Shown here piece by piece: positions 1 through 9,282 of a stretch of DNA of 64,000 nucleotides. The notes below the pieces were generated by a model, which worked only from the letters and a program-made list of their open reading frames with translations, did not search any database and was not told where the DNA came from. A program made the translations under genes and the position numbers. Source of the DNA: Clostridia bacterium (GTDB lineage: Bacteria; Bacillota; Clostridia; Oscillospirales; RGIG577); contig JAFWDJ010000007.1 of the NCBI GenBank assembly GCA_017513095.1, positions 39,733 to 103,732 on the forward strand. The letters are read 5' to 3'. Each line of letters begins with the position of its first letter. Position 1 is the first letter of the stretch.

Positions 1-527
1 GTAAAGCCTTTAAGGTCGATATTCATGGCGTCGATATACGGAAGAAGCGCCTCAAGAATTTGCGGCTCGGCTGTCCCGTTTGTGACCATTACGTTTATAA
101 GGCCCGCCTCATGCGCCATCGCTGCCGTATCACGGACGAATTCCCAGCCCACAAGCGGCTCATTGTAGGTAAACGCAAGTCCGATGTTCCCGCGGGATTT
201 TGCGCGCTTTGCCGCGTAAACAAGCTCCTCGGGCGTAATTTTTTGGGCCTTTTCTGACATTCTCATTGCCTCTTTCGACCATGAAATCTCATGGTTCTGA
301 CAGAACGGGCAGCGCAGATTGCAGCCGTAGCTGCCGACAGACAGTATCATGCTGCCGGGGAAAAAACGGCGCAGCGGTTTTTTCTCGATGGGGTCAAGCG
401 CAAGGGCGGTGATACGCCCGTAATTTTCGGAAACCACATTCCCGTTAACGCATATGCGCGCACCGCAGAGGCCTTTTTTGCCCTCGGAAATATTGCAGTG
501 ATGAAAACATACGCTGCAGCGAGCCAT
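1..527 (-). CDS. AmmeMemoRadiSam-system radical SAM enzyme (N-terminal part; 3' end lies beyond window start)
   Basis: Absent from the ORF track because it runs off the edge. My minus-strand translation from ATG 527-525 reads MARCSVCFHHCNISEGKKGLCGARICVNGNVV...SVGSYGCNLRCPFCQNHEIS, which contains a CX3CX2C radical-SAM motif. It lies directly downstream of the AMMECR1 fusion gene. Confidence 0.8.
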   Translation of the reverse strand, partial: MARCSVCFHHCNISEGKKGLCGARICVNGNVVSENYGRITALALDPIEKKPLRRFFPGSMILSVGSYGCNLRCPFCQNHEISWSKEAMRMSEKAQKITPEELVYAAKRAKSRGNIGLAFTYNEPLVGWEFVRDTAAMAHEAGLINVMVTNGTAEPQILEALLPYIDAMNIDLKGF

Positions 528-544
528 AGTAATCCCCCCGATCG

Positions 545-1930
545 TCAAGTGTGGCGCACAACTTCAAAGCGCTGAAGCGACACCTTTTCATGCGGCCCTA
601 TCCCCGCTTTCTGACGGGCAATGGCCACCTGCTCCTCCACGCTGTCCACGCCGTCCAGAGCCGGCAAAAGGAGCCCCCGCCTGCCGCCTTTCGTCACGAT
701 CACGCCGTAACGCTCCGTGTCCAGCTCTGCCTCCGAAGATATATCCTCCGGCTCTCCCAGCACGTCAACGCTTATCTCAAGAAACGGAAGCTCGTCCGGG
801 CGGATCGGGTCAAAACGCGGGTCACGGCTCGACGCGCTGACGGCGTTACTGATTATCTCCTTCGCAAGGCTTTGCTTCGTCGGGGCGATCGTGCCGATGC
901 AGCCGCGCAGTCTCCCCTGTTTGTGAATTGACACGAAAGCGCCGGCCCGCGTATCCGTAAGCTCTGCCGGCAAATCGTTCGGAACATTGATCACCTTTCC
1001 GCTGCGCACGAAGCTTTCCACCGATTCCCATGCAAGCCGCACCCACGGATCGCACGCGGCGCGCGCTTCGGTCAGCCGCTTCTCTTCTGCCTCTTGACGT
1101 TTTTTTAGGAATCTGCGGCTTTCGTCGGCTCCCGTCGGCTCAAACGTGCAAATGCCGTATCCCACGCCGGTCACATCCTCGTAGGAAAGCTTAGCCGCCT
1201 TTACTCCCGTGCCGTCCAGGGCGCCGGCCATTATGACGAAGGAACGATGTCCGCACTCCGCCGCACGATCGCAGAAGACCTCATCAAAATCGAACAGCTC
1301 GTCAAAGGCCGCCCGTCCGCATACGTCCATAACGCGGGCGTCGTACTGCGGGCCTTCCGGCGCAAAGCCGTAAGGGCCGTCGCTCTTCAGTTTATGGGAC
1401 AGGTCTCCGCTTGCGATATAGACGGCTCTGCGGCCGATATCGAAAGCGGCCTCTTTAATTATCTGCCCCAGCCTGTAATGGTCCTCGAGCGGCAGTCCGG
1501 AAAGGCCGATACGCACAATATTAAAATCGGAATAATACTGTCGTATGAAATACAGCGGCACCATGGTGCCGTGGTCCAGCTCCGGCGATCTCTGTCCGTA
1601 TGTCCCTGCGGGGAAACCCTCCGCGCTTGCAATGCGCGCAATGGTCTTTACAAGTTTTTCGTCGTATTTCTCTTTGAAGCGCACCTTAAAAGCTCCGAAC
1701 TGCGCAAAGCTGCCCTCCGCGCCTTTGCCGGGCGAGATATGGAAGTAGTCCGAATAGAGCGTGGTGTGAGGGCTTGAGATGATGACGGTCTCCGGCTTTA
1801 GCTCTGAGATCTCCTGCGCTGCGCGAATATATGCCGCCCTCGTAGTTTCTATCTGCCGCTCGCCGCCGCGTCCGACCTCGGGCACTATAAGCGGCGGATG
1901 CGGCACCATATATGCACCGATAATAGACAT
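545..1930 (-). CDS. Fusion of a LigB/Memo-like (class III extradiol dioxygenase fold) domain and an AMMECR1 domain (AmmeMemoRadiSam system protein A/B fusion)
   Basis: 461-aa ORF. The N-terminus MSIIGAYMVPHPPLIVPEVG is typical of LigB/Memo-type proteins. The C-terminal half carries the AMMECR1 signature GAFVSIHKQGRLRGCIGT. It is followed by a radical SAM gene. Confidence 0.85.
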   Translation of the reverse strand: MSIIGAYMVPHPPLIVPEVGRGGERQIETTRAAYIRAAQEISELKPETVIISSPHTTLYSDYFHISPGKGAEGSFAQFGAFKVRFKEKYDEKLVKTIARIASAEGFPAGTYGQRSPELDHGTMVPLYFIRQYYSDFNIVRIGLSGLPLEDHYRLGQIIKEAAFDIGRRAVYIASGDLSHKLKSDGPYGFAPEGPQYDARVMDVCGRAAFDELFDFDEVFCDRAAECGHRSFVIMAGALDGTGVKAAKLSYEDVTGVGYGICTFEPTGADESRRFLKKRQEAEEKRLTEARAACDPWVRLAWESVESFVRSGKVINVPNDLPAELTDTRAGAFVSIHKQGRLRGCIGTIAPTKQSLAKEIISNAVSASSRDPRFDPIRPDELPFLEISVDVLGEPEDISSEAELDTERYGVIVTKGGRRGLLLPALDGVDSVEEQVAIARQKAGIGPHEKVSLQRFEVVRHT

Positions 1931-1988
1931 ATTGTTCCTTCCTTTCCGTTTGGTATTCCGCGAATCTTCACGGTTGCTCCGTATTATT

Positions 1989-2017
1989 ATTATACCAACA
2001 TCGCGTCATATTTCATA
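1989..2017 (-). promoter_or_regulatory. Sigma-A type promoter with extended -10 (TGgTATAAT) for the AMMECR1-fusion gene
   Basis: On the minus strand: TATGAA, 17 nt, then TATAAT preceded by TGG. The -35 is weak and the extended -10 is strong. An identical arrangement sits in repeat copy B. Confidence 0.5.
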
Positions 2018-2053
2018 GCTGAAAATCGAACTTATTTGACGCGGCAATGCAGT

Positions 2054-2082
2054 AAAAAACGCACGCCTAAGCGTGCGCTTTT
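2054..2082. terminator. Bidirectional rho-independent terminator (GCACGC-CTAA-GCGTGC flanked by A-run and T-run)
   Basis: The sequence aaaaaacGCACGCctaaGCGTGCgctttt reads as a hairpin plus U-tract on both strands. It lies downstream of cas6 on the minus strand. Confidence 0.7.
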
Positions 2083-2092
2083 GGGAAGACGG

Positions 2093-2137
2093 GTGCGAAA
2101 AAGATGGATTTGCGGTTTTAATGGATGGATTGGAATA
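2093..2137. repeat. Copy X of a ~45-57-bp conserved intergenic element (more diverged copy)
   Basis: gtgcgaaaaagatggatttgcggttttaatggatggattggaata aligns with copies Y (14422-14477) and Z (18107-18163). Confidence 0.6.
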
Positions 2138-2215
2138 CACGATTTGTGATATCACATACATAAAAGAACGGCGCTTCTGTCAAGAATACCGTTCTCATTT
2201 GTTAAAACAATCGCT

Positions 2216-2947
2216 TCAAAAAACCGTTTTTGATATTGCAACGCCGCCCATTCCAAGTGCGTTTTTTATGCCGATCCCTGAACACTCGGAAAAACATATT
2301 AGTATTTTCCAAATATCTAATAATGGCGCCGAAAGCTGCGCATCGACTCGCAGATTCCCGATAAACCCCGGTATTCTGCTTTCCTTCAGCAAATATCGGG
2401 TCGTGTGCAGATTATAATCCGAAATCCGAATACCGTCCGAAAGCATGTGAAAGGCGTCTTCATCTTCCAACGGATAGGTCGGGTAGACCGCATTCCATTT
2501 TTTCAAAAGGCTTTGCAGAATCAATTCTATATCCGGATATACTGTGTATCTTCCCCTCTGCTTAAAAGCAGTGGCCGACAGGAATCGTAGAGAAAAGAAT
2601 CTTTCAGATTCTATTGCTCGGGCATTTTCTATTAGTTTCTCCGCCGCGAAAGTCTCCTTCTTCAATAGTTCAAGCCCGAGCTCTCCCGAATTAAGCGGAA
2701 GTATTTTTAAATCATCCAAAACGGCAGAAAATGCATCGCTTGCAGACCGATCAAGAAGATGTATCCTCCAAAGCACATCTGAATTATCATGATACAGACA
2801 TTGTGAGATTTGCGTCTTTCCCTGTTCATGCAGTTCTTCTGCGTATTCTTCGGATACAAGCGAGATAAGACAGCTATAGAAAGCATATGCGCGCCATGCC
2901 GGGATCTGATCGTTTGTATTCACACGAAAAACATACCTGTTGATCAT
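2216..2947 (-). CDS. cas6: Cas6 crRNA endoribonuclease
   Basis: Last gene of the csm operon. It has the C-terminal glycine-rich Cas6 motif GIGIKNALGMGGV. The start was moved to MINRYVFRV, giving an ATGA overlap with the csm5 stop. Confidence 0.8.
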   Translation of the reverse strand: MINRYVFRVNTNDQIPAWRAYAFYSCLISLVSEEYAEELHEQGKTQISQCLYHDNSDVLWRIHLLDRSASDAFSAVLDDLKILPLNSGELGLELLKKETFAAEKLIENARAIESERFFSLRFLSATAFKQRGRYTVYPDIELILQSLLKKWNAVYPTYPLEDEDAFHMLSDGIRISDYNLHTTRYLLKESRIPGFIGNLRVDAQLSAPLLDIWKILICFSECSGIGIKNALGMGGVAISKTVF

Positions 2948-4050
2948 CTGATCTGCACCCCGCAAACTCCGTAATGATACAGCTTACCCCTATATCTGCC
3001 GTACTTCATCGTATGAGGAGAAATACCGTGCTCGGAAATATCCTTTTCATGATGATGTTTGCTGAACTGTTTTGTCATGATGGTTTCCGTGTACCTCATT
3101 CCGGCATCGGTGCCGAGATACGGATATACCAGCGTTTTTGAAAAGAATCCCGCCCCTCCGCCGAGGATGAGCGCATCCTGATAAGATACGTCGAAAACGT
3201 CGGACGGGGGCTTAAACCGTGCAAGGAACGTCTTCTGATAAAACGCATCAAATCTTCTTATCATTTGCATAAGCGATTCACCCGTGAAATCAGAGGGAAG
3301 CACGGAATGATCCAAGGTGAGTCTGAACTTCAGCTCGGTACCGGGACGAATGCACTCTCTGCAGATAGGCAGCTCTTTTGGCGAGCCCTTTTCGTTCACA
3401 TCGATCTTTCCGACAAGAATCATGTCTTTATGCGAAATCGGCTCGCTGTCAGATATGGAAATACCTCGGAGAATACTGTTGACAGGATCGTTTGCTGTGT
3501 TTGAATATTTGTCCGGCTTTAATGATACCGTGTTCAGATATTCTCCCTCCAGAGTCTGCATCTGCCGGGCTCTTTTATCCTTATTCTGATGACAATCCGG
3601 CCAAATTCCTTTTTTCTCCCTAAAAATCATATCAGTAAGAATCACCGTTCGCAGCGCCCCTTTGACACTGCTGCCTGGAATATACACGCGATGACGGGAA
3701 TCTCTCATGAACGTATGGATCTCTTTAAGGCTATGGACTTCGTCGAGCGCATCGGCAGCGCTGACTTTGTAAAGGCTGAGACTGTCTTGCTCCTTCTCCG
3801 ATATGCCGCAGTTTTTAAAAAACTGCCAAAGCCGTGTATCTCCTGATAAAACAAATCTTTCATAACGATCTGCAAGCTGTTTTTTGTAAAGATATTCAAA
3901 AAACGCTTCCGTATCGATCATACTAACTGTTTTTGCGTTTGAATCAAAAAGATACTCCGTTTTTTTACGTTCGTTTCCGCTCCCGATATACAGAGGAGCG
4001 CGTGTTGTAAGGACCAGGTCATATACCGACAGATGATCAATACTTTTCAT
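2944..4050 (-). CDS. csm5: Csm5 (type III-A RAMP subunit)
   Basis: 368 aa, in the position after csm4. RAMP-like motifs are present (PLYIGSG, IPGSSVKGALRT). It has a 4-nt ATGA overlap with csm4. Confidence 0.8.
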   Translation of the reverse strand: MKSIDHLSVYDLVLTTRAPLYIGSGNERKKTEYLFDSNAKTVSMIDTEAFFEYLYKKQLADRYERFVLSGDTRLWQFFKNCGISEKEQDSLSLYKVSAADALDEVHSLKEIHTFMRDSRHRVYIPGSSVKGALRTVILTDMIFREKKGIWPDCHQNKDKRARQMQTLEGEYLNTVSLKPDKYSNTANDPVNSILRGISISDSEPISHKDMILVGKIDVNEKGSPKELPICRECIRPGTELKFRLTLDHSVLPSDFTGESLMQMIRRFDAFYQKTFLARFKPPSDVFDVSYQDALILGGGAGFFSKTLVYPYLGTDAGMRYTETIMTKQFSKHHHEKDISEHGISPHTMKYGRYRGKLYHYGVCGVQIR

Positions 4051-5021
4051 GGTCTCACCCCCAGAAAGAGCGGCGCGCTCAGACGATAAACAGGATGCTC
4101 TTCAATTTTGCCTACTTCATACAGCACGGCTTTGAATCTTTTAGGCAAAACAGAACCGGCTGACAAAAACAACTGCGTGACCTTTCGGCGATTCTCCTGC
4201 GCGCAGGCGCCGGACTGAATAAAGCCCGCACGGCGCGTCAGCATATATTCCGAATCGGGAAGCAGATCCGTCAGCTCATCCTCGGAAGGCAGACTCGTAC
4301 TCAGCAGGAGCTGTCTCTTGGCCGACGCGTCCTTCAATGCGGAAAACAGCCGCTCCGTGAACGTGTCAAAAGGCTCGTTGAGATAGATTAAATCTTCGAT
4401 ATGGAATTTCCCATAACCCGAGCTGACTTTACCGCCGATCCCGCCAAAAGAGAGTCCTTCGACCAAAGTCTGCAGATCGTCTGCCAGCAGATCTGTTTCG
4501 CAGCCGGCAAGGAACCAGAGACCGGCGTCCTCTTTGAAGTAATAAAGACCGACCTGATAGGGCAAAGCGTCCTCTCCCGGTGTTATTCTCACCTTTGTTG
4601 TGCCTGTGCTTATGCCAAATTGCGCCAGCGCTTTTTCTGCTTCATAAGGGTCGCCGCCGTAGATATAATCAAAAAAAGCGTCAAGATCATCAGCCGGGAT
4701 CCACTTCAGTTTTTTTGCTGCTTTCCGTCCGGTGATCGTTACCGTCCGATCTGTTTTTGCGGTAATGAAAGGCTTTGGCAGATAAAACGTTTCACCCATC
4801 CAGGGCATACTGTCGCTCAAAAGGATATTTCCCTCCTCCGCCTGTCGGCATAATTCCGCCAGCATATCCCGTCCGCCCAGAGCAAGCGCCGTATGACACA
4901 GAGCCGAAAACAAAGTGTCCGCACAAAAATGGTTCTCGGAACTGTACAGCGCCCCGGCGGAAAAAGAGGGACCGAAGTGGACCGCGGTGTCGAACTTCAG
5001 CTTATACAGGTAATAGTTCAT
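4047..5021 (-). CDS. csm4: Csm4 (type III-A RAMP subunit, Cas10 partner)
   Basis: 324 aa. The N-terminus MNYYLYKLKFDTAVHFG is typical of Csm4/Cmr3-like proteins. A glycine-rich FGGIGGKVSSGYG motif is present. It lies between csm3 and csm5. Confidence 0.8.
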   Translation of the reverse strand: MNYYLYKLKFDTAVHFGPSFSAGALYSSENHFCADTLFSALCHTALALGGRDMLAELCRQAEEGNILLSDSMPWMGETFYLPKPFITAKTDRTVTITGRKAAKKLKWIPADDLDAFFDYIYGGDPYEAEKALAQFGISTGTTKVRITPGEDALPYQVGLYYFKEDAGLWFLAGCETDLLADDLQTLVEGLSFGGIGGKVSSGYGKFHIEDLIYLNEPFDTFTERLFSALKDASAKRQLLLSTSLPSEDELTDLLPDSEYMLTRRAGFIQSGACAQENRRKVTQLFLSAGSVLPKRFKAVLYEVGKIEEHPVYRLSAPLFLGVRP

Positions 5022-5667
5022 ACTCTTCCACCTCTTGGAATAACGTTTTCAGTTGAAGGACGTCAAACTCCGTTTCAAAAGGCTTGATGTCAAATTTCCG
5101 CAGGCTGACACGGCCGCTGCCGCGTGTGCCGTGACCGCCGAGATAGTCAAGCTGAAGCAGCTTCATTCCCCTTGCAAGCAGAGCGAAATCTTCTTCGACC
5201 TGGGTCTCGTCCGCAATATCATATACGATTTTAACGTCAAATTCCGTTCCGCGGCTGACGCGTTCGATAAAGCGTGGATTTGCCACGCCGTCGGCGCGAT
5301 TGATACCGTTTTCCGCCTTGACTTCCGTAATCCCGACACGTCGCATTGCGTCCGCATTGGAAACAAAGCAGTCGGAAAACTGCAGTCTTGCCGCACGGAC
5401 CGGCTTAGAGCTTCCGAAAAGCCTCTTTATTCGCTCGTCATCGTCGTCGAACTTCGGCATTTTTTGAATATCTCCGCTGATGCTTCTGGCAAGCAGCGTC
5501 CTCAGCTTTCCCTTAAGACTGCTGCCCGGTACGATCGGCAGACCCGTAAAGGGATCGCGAACGACCTGACTGTCAACTGCGCCGATGGCAGAAAACGCGC
5601 TGGAATCCCCAATGTGCATTCCGGTACATACAACCAGCTTGCAGCGAATCAAAATCTTTCCATACAT
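5002..5667 (-). CDS. csm3: Csm3 (crRNA-binding backbone RAMP, target RNase)
   Basis: 221 aa with the motifs CTGMHIGDS and LPIVPGSSLKGKLRTLL and a C-terminal GGHGTRGSG glycine loop. Confidence 0.85.
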   Translation of the reverse strand: MYGKILIRCKLVVCTGMHIGDSSAFSAIGAVDSQVVRDPFTGLPIVPGSSLKGKLRTLLARSISGDIQKMPKFDDDDERIKRLFGSSKPVRAARLQFSDCFVSNADAMRRVGITEVKAENGINRADGVANPRFIERVSRGTEFDVKIVYDIADETQVEEDFALLARGMKLLQLDYLGGHGTRGSGRVSLRKFDIKPFETEFDVLQLKTLFQEVEEYELLPV

Positions 5668-5669
5668 AC

Positions 5670-6140
5670 TTAACCCTCTCTTCCGCCAATCAGATAGCGG
5701 TGGTACGCGACCAGCGCCTCCATATAATGTGCAAAGTCTATCAGCTTCTCTCTGTCGTCGCCGATACCTTTGATATATTCAAGCAGCTTCGCTTTTTTGA
5801 CGAACTCCTTTACGCTTTCTTCCCTTCCCGCTTCATATACGACACGTATGCGCATCATGGTCAGCGCGGTCCTGCTCTCCGGCAGGAGCTTCGGCTCGTC
5901 ACGCAGATTCTCTGTGTTGTATATATCCGAAACGAGACTGAAAATGTTGCGTATCTTACTCGTTGTGATCGGTTTACCTCTATTTTCTGACAAACTCCGC
6001 ATAACAGCCTCCGCGTCGTCCACATAGTCGTCCGGGAGCGAGAGCGCTTTTACCTCATCGGGCGGCGCCGGAACGCCGTTCCGTTTATCACGGTACTGCG
6101 GCTGATTCCCTTTTTGCCGAAAATTACTGTAGCTGGGCAT
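5670..6140 (-). CDS. csm2: Csm2 (type III-A small subunit)
   Basis: 156-aa helical protein located between cas10 and csm3, the canonical position and size for Csm2. Confidence 0.75.
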   Translation of the reverse strand: MPSYSNFRQKGNQPQYRDKRNGVPAPPDEVKALSLPDDYVDDAEAVMRSLSENRGKPITTSKIRNIFSLVSDIYNTENLRDEPKLLPESRTALTMMRIRVVYEAGREESVKEFVKKAKLLEYIKGIGDDREKLIDFAHYMEALVAYHRYLIGGREG

Positions 6141-8509
6141 TATTCAGTTGCCTCCTTACGATTTTTATAAACATACAAATAGATGGCGGTAATAAGACTG
6201 TTTCTGTCTTTTTCGTTAAGCGACCAGTCCATCACGTGACCGGAAAACTCCCTGTAGCGCGCATATTCGTCGCTTCCTTTGGAAGGAGACAGTCTCGCCA
6301 GCAGATAAGCAAGCCTTGCAAGCGGCACCTTCCGCTGCGGATCGTCCCTTACCTCCCTCAGCAGGTCAAGAATGCGATACAGGAACGCGGTGCCCCGCTC
6401 CGTCTTTGTGTCCTCTTTCGCCGAGAAGAAGTTCTCCAGCACGGCGAGCTTTACGCCCATGATCTCTCTTTCGAATTCTTCCCATGTATACGTATTGCCG
6501 CTTCCCTGCGCAAAAAGAGAAACGGAATCTTTGCCCGGATTCTGCTTCGCTTCGTCCTCCAGGGCCCCGGTCTCCTCCGCGGCGAGGCGTATCGGGTAAT
6601 GATCGTCAAACAGACCTACGCCGCCGCTTATTGTCAGCGCTCCGCAGGCATACTCCTTCAAAGCGCTTCGTATCCTCCGCGCAGCCTCAAGGACGTCGTT
6701 CCATGCTCCGACAAGGAACACGTCATCCCCGCCGGAATAGACTACCGCGACGGCTAAAGCACTTTGTCCTTTGTACGAGCCGTTCAGCAGCGCTTTCAGA
6801 TAAAGCTTGAAGAACAGTGACATTTGACGCGAGAACGCCGCAGTGCGGGATATCGTGACAAAACGTCGGCGCTCAGACGCCGTTGCGCCGCTTTTACTCT
6901 CAAATCCGGACACGAAAGCCTGTCCGAGATCGTCAACGTCCATCCTGCAAACGGCAAGGCGTCTTATACCCTGACTATGCATTGCAAGTTCCTCCATGGA
7001 ATTGCTTTTCGCGTAGTCGCAAACGTAGAGCCGCGTGCTGTAACGCAGTCCCGCATAGCTTACGTTCTTTGTATAGACCCGCAGAACGGGCTTTTCCTCG
7101 CGAAGCGCCCTCCGCGCGGATGGCTCATCCGTGAAAAAGAAGGCCGCCTCGCCGTAATACGTCGGAAGCGTATAGTCCGCGCCCTTTTCCTCTCCGCAAA
7201 GCACAAGATAGACGCCCGTGTTCTGAATCTTGGACGACAGACGTTCAAACGTGCTGCACCAGCGACATAAGTCGCTTCCGTCCTCCCCCCTGATAAGATG
7301 ATCGGTCCTGCCGCAGACACGGCATTCCCTTCCGGAGAGCTCCTCCTTCGTCCGATTCATTTCGATTATCCGCTGCGCCGAATAACGGTGCAGTTTTTTC
7401 TTTGCCACCGCCCGCGAGACCCTGCCGAACATGGCCTGATACGGCGAGTCTTCCGCCGGGCTGTTCGTAAGCTCATCGGCGCTGCATTCCGTATATCCGT
7501 CGGCAAGATAAAGACTGAGGCCGAACTCATCGGCAAGCCAGCCGTTGAACCGATCGTTCCATGCCTCGATCCGCCGCTTCACCTCATCCGTATTCGGTAA
7601 AAGCAGATAGCAGTGTCCGCCGCCGGAATAGAGAAGATTCGCGCGGCTGACTCCGCACGCGGTCAGAAGCTCGTCTATGTAGTGCTCCATGGTCAGCTCC
7701 AGAAAGAAGGAGCGGCTGCGAAGAGAACGAAGCGCGCCCTTCGTCGAGACCGTAAAAATGAACGTCTGTATCCCCGAAAAATCCGCCGAATACAGAAGAA
7801 AGGCCTTCTTGGCGCGAAACTCCTTTTCCTTCTCAAAAAGCGCCGTACGGTAATCCGTCACGGAGGAATCGTAAAGATACAGCGCCATGCAGGACGCCAC
7901 CGCCGCGGTGATCTTCATGTGGTCATAAAGAGACACGTCCGGGCTTTCGGCCGTGTTCGTGCTTGAAGGCACACTGCTCGTCAGACTCTCCAGCACTCCG
8001 AGAATGGAATTGACCCACTCCTCCTCGGGCGGGAGCGTACGAAGCTGTGCCTCAAGCTCACGGCAAATTTCACCGTACTGTCCCGCCGTCAGACGGATCT
8101 CACTTGAAACGGGCATGCGCAGCGTTCCGTCCTGCGGCATGGCGGAAAGCGCCAGGCCGTCATGCTCGCCGTTAAGATGGGTAAATACCGGCGAAAGCGG
8201 CAGATAGCGCTCAAAGCGCCCGCTCTCTTCGGCGGCGCGGCGGTCAGCGGCCGCGGCGATATTATCGGCAGCGTATGCAATATAGGCGAGGCTGTCCGCC
8301 GCAGGCCCCGCCTCACGCAGCTCCGAGGCATGATGCCAGCGCACGCAGTCCGGCGCTTCACCCGGCGAATAGCCCTGCCACGCCTTCTTCAGAAAAGCGT
8401 GACCCGAAGCGCTGTGATTCCCGCTCTCGCCTGCGCGAAAGCAGAGCTTTCCTACGTCGTGCATGAGACATCCGAGCGTGAGCTCCAATATTTTCTGTCT
8501 CAAAAGCAT
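6140..8509 (-). CDS. cas10: Cas10/Csm1 with N-terminal HD nuclease domain and intact GGDD cyclase motif
   Basis: 789 aa. It has an HD motif (LGCLMHDVGK, WHHAS), a zinc-finger-like CRVCG...CRWC and a Palm GGDD (VVYSGGDDVFLVGAW). Confidence 0.9.
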   Translation of the reverse strand: MLLRQKILELTLGCLMHDVGKLCFRAGESGNHSASGHAFLKKAWQGYSPGEAPDCVRWHHASELREAGPAADSLAYIAYAADNIAAAADRRAAEESGRFERYLPLSPVFTHLNGEHDGLALSAMPQDGTLRMPVSSEIRLTAGQYGEICRELEAQLRTLPPEEEWVNSILGVLESLTSSVPSSTNTAESPDVSLYDHMKITAAVASCMALYLYDSSVTDYRTALFEKEKEFRAKKAFLLYSADFSGIQTFIFTVSTKGALRSLRSRSFFLELTMEHYIDELLTACGVSRANLLYSGGGHCYLLLPNTDEVKRRIEAWNDRFNGWLADEFGLSLYLADGYTECSADELTNSPAEDSPYQAMFGRVSRAVAKKKLHRYSAQRIIEMNRTKEELSGRECRVCGRTDHLIRGEDGSDLCRWCSTFERLSSKIQNTGVYLVLCGEEKGADYTLPTYYGEAAFFFTDEPSARRALREEKPVLRVYTKNVSYAGLRYSTRLYVCDYAKSNSMEELAMHSQGIRRLAVCRMDVDDLGQAFVSGFESKSGATASERRRFVTISRTAAFSRQMSLFFKLYLKALLNGSYKGQSALAVAVVYSGGDDVFLVGAWNDVLEAARRIRSALKEYACGALTISGGVGLFDDHYPIRLAAEETGALEDEAKQNPGKDSVSLFAQGSGNTYTWEEFEREIMGVKLAVLENFFSAKEDTKTERGTAFLYRILDLLREVRDDPQRKVPLARLAYLLARLSPSKGSDEYARYREFSGHVMDWSLNEKDRNSLITAIYLYVYKNRKEATE

Positions 8510-8526
8510 CTCTCCTTTCCTTGAGA

Positions 8527-9098
8527 TTGTTCGTCCCCTTGCGGGGTGTAGATTGTTTCGAGGAACAAAAATGAAAACCTATAAGCAGTTTGAGTTTCCG
8601 TCCCCTTGCGGGGTGTAGATTGTTTCACGCGTGGGAAGCATGGGCCGAGACGTACTACGACGTTTCCGTCCCCTTGCGGGGTGTAGATTGTTTCCTGGCT
8701 ACGGAGGCGCATCTACGGCAGGCGACAGAGGGTTTCCGTCCCCTTGCGGGGTGTAGATTGTTTCAGAAGACTTATTTCCTTCCGCTTGAAATCTTCAAGT
8801 TTCCGTCCCCTTGCGGGGTGTAGATTGTTTCCAAAAAAACATATTGAAAGGATGGCAAAACATGGTTTCCGTCCCCTTGCGGGGTGTAGATTGTTTCGAA
8901 AAACTTGCGGAGGCGGCAAAGATCGACAGCGTTTCCGTCCCCTTGCGGGGTGTAGATTGTTTCTTTAAGGTAAGAGGCAACCACGCCCCCGGTCAAGGTT
9001 TCCGTCCCCTTGCGGGGTGTAGATTGTTTCAAAAGGCGTTCAGTTTCTTTTATAGGTCAAAGGCCGTTTCCGTCCCCTTGCGGGGTGTAGATTGTTTC
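8527..9098 (-). CRISPR. CRISPR array: 9 repeats of 33 nt and 8 spacers of 33-37 nt, transcribed on the minus strand
   Basis: Plus-strand repeat is GTTTCCGTCCCCTTGCGGGGTGTAGATTGTTTC, starting at 8594, 8662, 8732, 8799, 8865, 8931, 8998 and 9066. A degenerate copy at 8527 has 3 mismatches at its first 5 nt. On the minus strand the repeat ends in ACGGAAAC, a type III-like 8-nt crRNA tag. It has a palindromic core CCCCGCAAGGGG. The degenerate repeat is the cas10-proximal trailer end. Confidence 0.95.
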
Positions 9099-9145
9099 GG
9101 CAAACATTCATAAAAACACAGGCTTACAGGCCCTTTCTTTTTTAC

Positions 9146-9174
9146 ATTTTACCAAAAAATTTTCATTTTTGCAA
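9146..9174 (-). promoter_or_regulatory. CRISPR leader promoter (TTGCAA, 17 nt, TGgTAAAAT) within the A+T-rich leader 9099-9282
   Basis: The minus strand reads cTTGCAAaaatgaaaattttttggTAAAATg. Spacing is 17 nt with an extended -10 TG. It lies about 45 nt upstream of the first repeat. Confidence 0.6.
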
Positions 9175-9282
9175 GCGCAGCGTGAAAAAAGCGCGGTCTT
9201 TTTCGCTCCGGCACGTCCGATTTTTGTGCGAACGTATCATCGTATGCGGCATATTAAAGAGCTTCAGCGCCGCTGCCCGCGT

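Larger units (their letters stand above)
1928..2087. repeat. Direct repeat copy A (~160 bp) bracketing the CRISPR-Cas cassette
   Basis: Hand alignment with 10618-10777 gives 8 mismatches and no indels. It starts exactly at the start codon (cat on the plus strand) of the 545..1930 gene. It contains an RBS, an extended -10 promoter and a bidirectional terminator. Confidence 0.9.

Noticed and set aside
60-575. Plus-strand ORFs 60..257 and 291..575 at the window start
   Set aside because: They are antisense to the clearly recognisable radical SAM gene (CX3CX2C motif) on the minus strand.
8560-9065. Possible self-targeting spacers against the A+T-rich islet or other parts of the window
   Set aside because: Eye comparison of the 8 spacers with the window found no match. 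This cannot be excluded without a computed search, so no claim is made.
8500-9113. Several 60-100-aa ORFs on both strands across 8500-9113 with recurring peptides (PLAGCRLF, TPRKGTET, IYTPQGDGN)
   Set aside because: They are translations of the CRISPR repeats. The periodic identical peptides come from the 33-nt repeat, not from genes.
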